Of a DNA stretch of 64,000 nucleotides, positions 61,848 through 64,000 are shown piece by piece. A program made the translations under genes and the position numbers. The stretch's first letter is position 1. Every line of letters begins with the position of its first letter. The notes under the pieces are model-generated. The model did not search any database. It had not been told where the DNA came from and saw nothing but the letters and a program-made list of their open reading frames with translations. The DNA is from Anaerolineae bacterium (lineage in GTDB: Bacteria; Chloroflexota; Anaerolineae; B4-G1; SLSP01), in the NCBI GenBank assembly GCA_034429675.1, contig DAOUFX010000230.1:2339-66338 (forward strand), written 5' to 3'.

Positions 61848-63561
61848 GTGGATCAGATGGTTTTGGGCAGCGCCGGTTTTCGCGGACGATGAAGAGAAAA
61901 CGCGAATGGCGGAGATACTCAATCCTTTGTTGGTGGGTCTGATGGGGTTGTTGGTATTCGCTGCATTCGCCAGTTTTTTTGTTTTTGCTCAGAAGGTAGC
62001 CAGCGGCATTGTGGTTGCGATTTTGTTCTTTATTTTGTTGCTTTCTCGATGGAGCATGTACCGCGGAAATTTGCGTTTTGCCGGCGCGCTCTTTGCGTGG
62101 GGGACGTGGCTCCCTTGTCTGCTCGTTGTCATTCTGTCCAACATGCGCAGCCTTCTTTCCGTCTCTCTGGTAGCGATTATTGTGATTGCTGGGGTGCTTT
62201 TGGGCCGGCGAACGGCCATTGTGATGGGAATTTCGACCAGTGCGGCGGTCCTGGTTCTGGCCATAGCGGTAATCCTGGGATACCAACTGCCGGATATGTT
62301 CCCTTCTCCAGTTCCGGCAAGTTGGGTCGTGATGACGGTGGGATTGGTGATGGTTTTGTTGCCGCTGAACATTGCACTGCGAGGAATGGGTGAGGCGTTG
62401 TCGCGATCGAAAATTTACGCGACCGAGTTGGAAGGCCAGCGGGAACAATTGGAAGTATTGGTGCGTGAGCGCACTCGCGATTTGATGCGCCGTACCAGCT
62501 ATTTGGGCGCGACCGCCATTGTAGCGCAAGAGGCAGCGATGGTAGTGGGCGATCTGGACAAACTGCTCGCGCGGGTGGTACAGATTGTGAGCGAACAGTT
62601 TGATTTTTACCATACCGGGCTTTTTTTGTTGAACGACAGCGGCGAGTGGGTAGAATTGTGCGCCGCTTCCAGTGAAGGTGGACGGCGGATGTTGGCGCGT
62701 GGGCATCGCCTACGCGTGGGAGTGGAAGGTATCGTCGGGTACGTCGCGCTCCATGGCGAACCACGGGTATCTTTGGATGTGGGTGAGGATGCCGTGTTTT
62801 TCAACAATCCCGACCTGCCGGCTACCCGTTCTGAGGTGGCTTTGCCCTTGCAACTGAGCCGCGAAATGATCGGGGTATTGGATGTACAGAGTACCGAGCC
62901 GGAGGCTTTCAGCAATGAAGATGTGCGTGTTTTGCAATCTCTGGCCGATCAGGTTGCCGTCGCCATCAATAACGCGCGTTTGCTGCGGCAGGTCCAACAA
63001 GTGGCCGAAGGAGAACGTCGCGCACGTAGCGAATTGATTCAGCAAGCCTGGGCTCGCTTTTTGCGGACGCAGTCGCAAGTTGCCTATTTGAGCAACCGCC
63101 GGGGAGTTTTCTCGGCGCAAAGCAAGTGGCAGCCTGAGATGGAAGTCGCGGTGCGTTCTGGCCGACCGGTAGTTAGTGAAGACGACCCTAATTATCTGGC
63201 AATTCCACTTCAAGTGGGCGGACAGGTTATTGGAATTCTGGATGGGCGCAAACCCGATGGTTGGACGACAGACGAAATTGCCATGGTGACTACTTTGACC
63301 GAGGAATTGGGCGATGCCCTGGATCGCGCTCGACTTTATCGTGAGACTCAACGCCGCGCTGCCCGTGAGCAAATGGCCGGGCAGGTAACGGCCAATATTC
63401 GCGAATCGCTGGATTTGGATACTGTTTTGCAGACGGCGGCGCGTGAGGTGGCTAAAGCTCTGAATTTGCCCAAGGTGGAAGTGTGGTTGGGGGCCGGCCC
63501 GCAGAATGTGCCGTCATCCCGGCCGGGAGGAAATGCGGATGGCGTTAACTCGAAATCTTAA
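61831..63561 (+). CDS. GAF-array member Y: polytopic membrane N-domain + S-helix + GAF-A + GAF-B + tail; no output domain
   Basis: The start is set at ATG 61831 (MKTIGKWIRWFWAAPVFADDEEKTR...), whose N-terminus parallels member H; the track begins at 61801. There are ~6 TM helices. The S-helix is LEVLVRERTRDLMRRTSYLGATAIVAQ. GAF-A runs FDFYHTGLFLLNDSGEWVELCAASSEGGRRMLARGHRLRVGVEGIVGYV...PDLPATRSEVALPLQLSREMIGVLDVQS. The tail is REQMAGQVTANIRESLDLDTVLQTAAREVAKALNLPKVEVWL. Confidence 0.85.
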   Translation: MKTIGKWIRWFWAAPVFADDEEKTRMAEILNPLLVGLMGLLVFAAFASFFVFAQKVASGIVVAILFFILLLSRWSMYRGNLRFAGALFAWGTWLPCLLVVILSNMRSLLSVSLVAIIVIAGVLLGRRTAIVMGISTSAAVLVLAIAVILGYQLPDMFPSPVPASWVVMTVGLVMVLLPLNIALRGMGEALSRSKIYATELEGQREQLEVLVRERTRDLMRRTSYLGATAIVAQEAAMVVGDLDKLLARVVQIVSEQFDFYHTGLFLLNDSGEWVELCAASSEGGRRMLARGHRLRVGVEGIVGYVALHGEPRVSLDVGEDAVFFNNPDLPATRSEVALPLQLSREMIGVLDVQSTEPEAFSNEDVRVLQSLADQVAVAINNARLLRQVQQVAEGERRARSELIQQAWARFLRTQSQVAYLSNRRGVFSAQSKWQPEMEVAVRSGRPVVSEDDPNYLAIPLQVGGQVIGILDGRKPDGWTTDEIAMVTTLTEELGDALDRARLYRETQRRAAREQMAGQVTANIRESLDLDTVLQTAAREVAKALNLPKVEVWLGAGPQNVPSSRPGGNADGVNSKS

Positions 63562-64000
63562 TCTTCGTTCGCGCGTGGGACGCTTTTTGCGTTGGCTGTG
63601 GAACATTGCCATTAAGCCGCATCTTTCGATTACGGAGAGCGGCCAGAGGCGTCAGGCGCAGTCGCTGTTGGTTTTGGCGTTGGCATTCTCACTGCTCCTT
63701 TTAGTAGGGTTGACGGTTGCGTTTTTTCTGTCTGGGACAGGGCTTAACCCGGTAATGGCGGCTCTCTTTGTGTTGTCTCTGCTGGTGTATGGCATTGGCC
63801 GTACCCGGTTTTTTACGTGGGGAGCCTTTTTCTTGGTGGTGGCGCTTCCGGTTGTGGTGCATTTCCAAATACTGACAAGAGGGGTTGAGCCGATTGGCGC
63901 TCTTTATTTCACGGTGCCGCTGGTCCTGATTGTTGGTAGCGTTTTCTTCTCTATCCGCGTTCAAATTTTTATGGCTGTGATCAATGCGATTGCCGCGTTT
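63539..64000 (+). CDS. GAF-array member Z (5' part; continues beyond the window): polytopic membrane N-domain of the same family
   Basis: ATG 63539 has GGGAGGA 7 nt upstream and overlaps the previous gene by 23 nt. The frame stays open to the window end. The N-terminus (MALTRNLNLRSRVGRFLRWLWNIAIKPHLSITESGQRRQAQSLLVLALAFSLLLLVGL...) follows the pattern of members H and Y: an amphipathic W-rich leader, then an R/Q-rich segment, then successive TM helices. It is absent from the ORF track because no stop occurs in the window. Confidence 0.65.
   Translation, partial: MALTRNLNLRSRVGRFLRWLWNIAIKPHLSITESGQRRQAQSLLVLALAFSLLLLVGLTVAFFLSGTGLNPVMAALFVLSLLVYGIGRTRFFTWGAFFLVVALPVVVHFQILTRGVEPIGALYFTVPLVLIVGSVFFSIRVQIFMAVINAIAAF

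Noticed and set aside
16652-64000. Possibility that the GAF array is a CRISPR-like or other nucleotide-level tandem repeat, or a mobile-element cluster
   Set aside because: The repetition is at the protein-domain level, in long, intact, differently sized ORFs with individual ribosome-binding sites. There are no short direct repeat-and-spacer units. No transposase, integrase or inverted terminal repeats were seen in the window.

Overview
High-GC (~60%) bacterial chromosomal segment; gene content and codon usage suggest Chloroflexota (inference only). The first ~13 kb carries ordinary genes, all on the + strand except one 5'-partial minus-strand CDS at the window edge: a TPR–AAA+ ATPase, a TPR-membrane protein, a DUF4870-like protein followed by a clean rho-independent terminator, RecJ, an NAD-dependent epimerase/dehydratase, a MIO-type ammonia-lyase, a TPR protein and a large YfhO-like membrane protein. 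A short AT-rich island at 12.7–13.4 kb holds a HIT-like gene on the minus strand. From 13.4 kb to the window end (>50 kb) every gene lies on the + strand and forms what looks like one huge, translationally coupled locus. It opens with two single-domain CheY-like response regulators and one Cache–HAMP–GAF histidine kinase. At least 21 paralogous sensor-only genes follow. Each combines a variable N-terminal input module with a strongly conserved core: an S-helix (ERT motif), a highly conserved GAF-A, an AYGE/AW linker, a GAF-B, and a conserved ~45-aa C-terminal tail. The input modules are polytopic membrane domains, TM-Cache-TM-HAMP, TM-HAMP, a LacI-type periplasmic-binding-protein fold, five or six PAS domains, or a sodium:solute symporter. 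None of these genes has a recognisable output domain (no HisKA/HATPase, GGDEF, EAL, HD-GYP, cyclase, HTH or STAS). A tandemly duplicated two-gene cassette encoding a GHKL-like pseudo-kinase and a STAS/SiaC-like protein, a putative partner-switching pair, is embedded in the array, next to a minimal 213-aa member that keeps only the coiled coil, GAF-B and tail. I consider this kinase-less GAF array with its single kinase head and its partner-switching cassette the candidate undescribed system in this window. No rRNA, tRNA, CRISPR array or obvious transposase was found.
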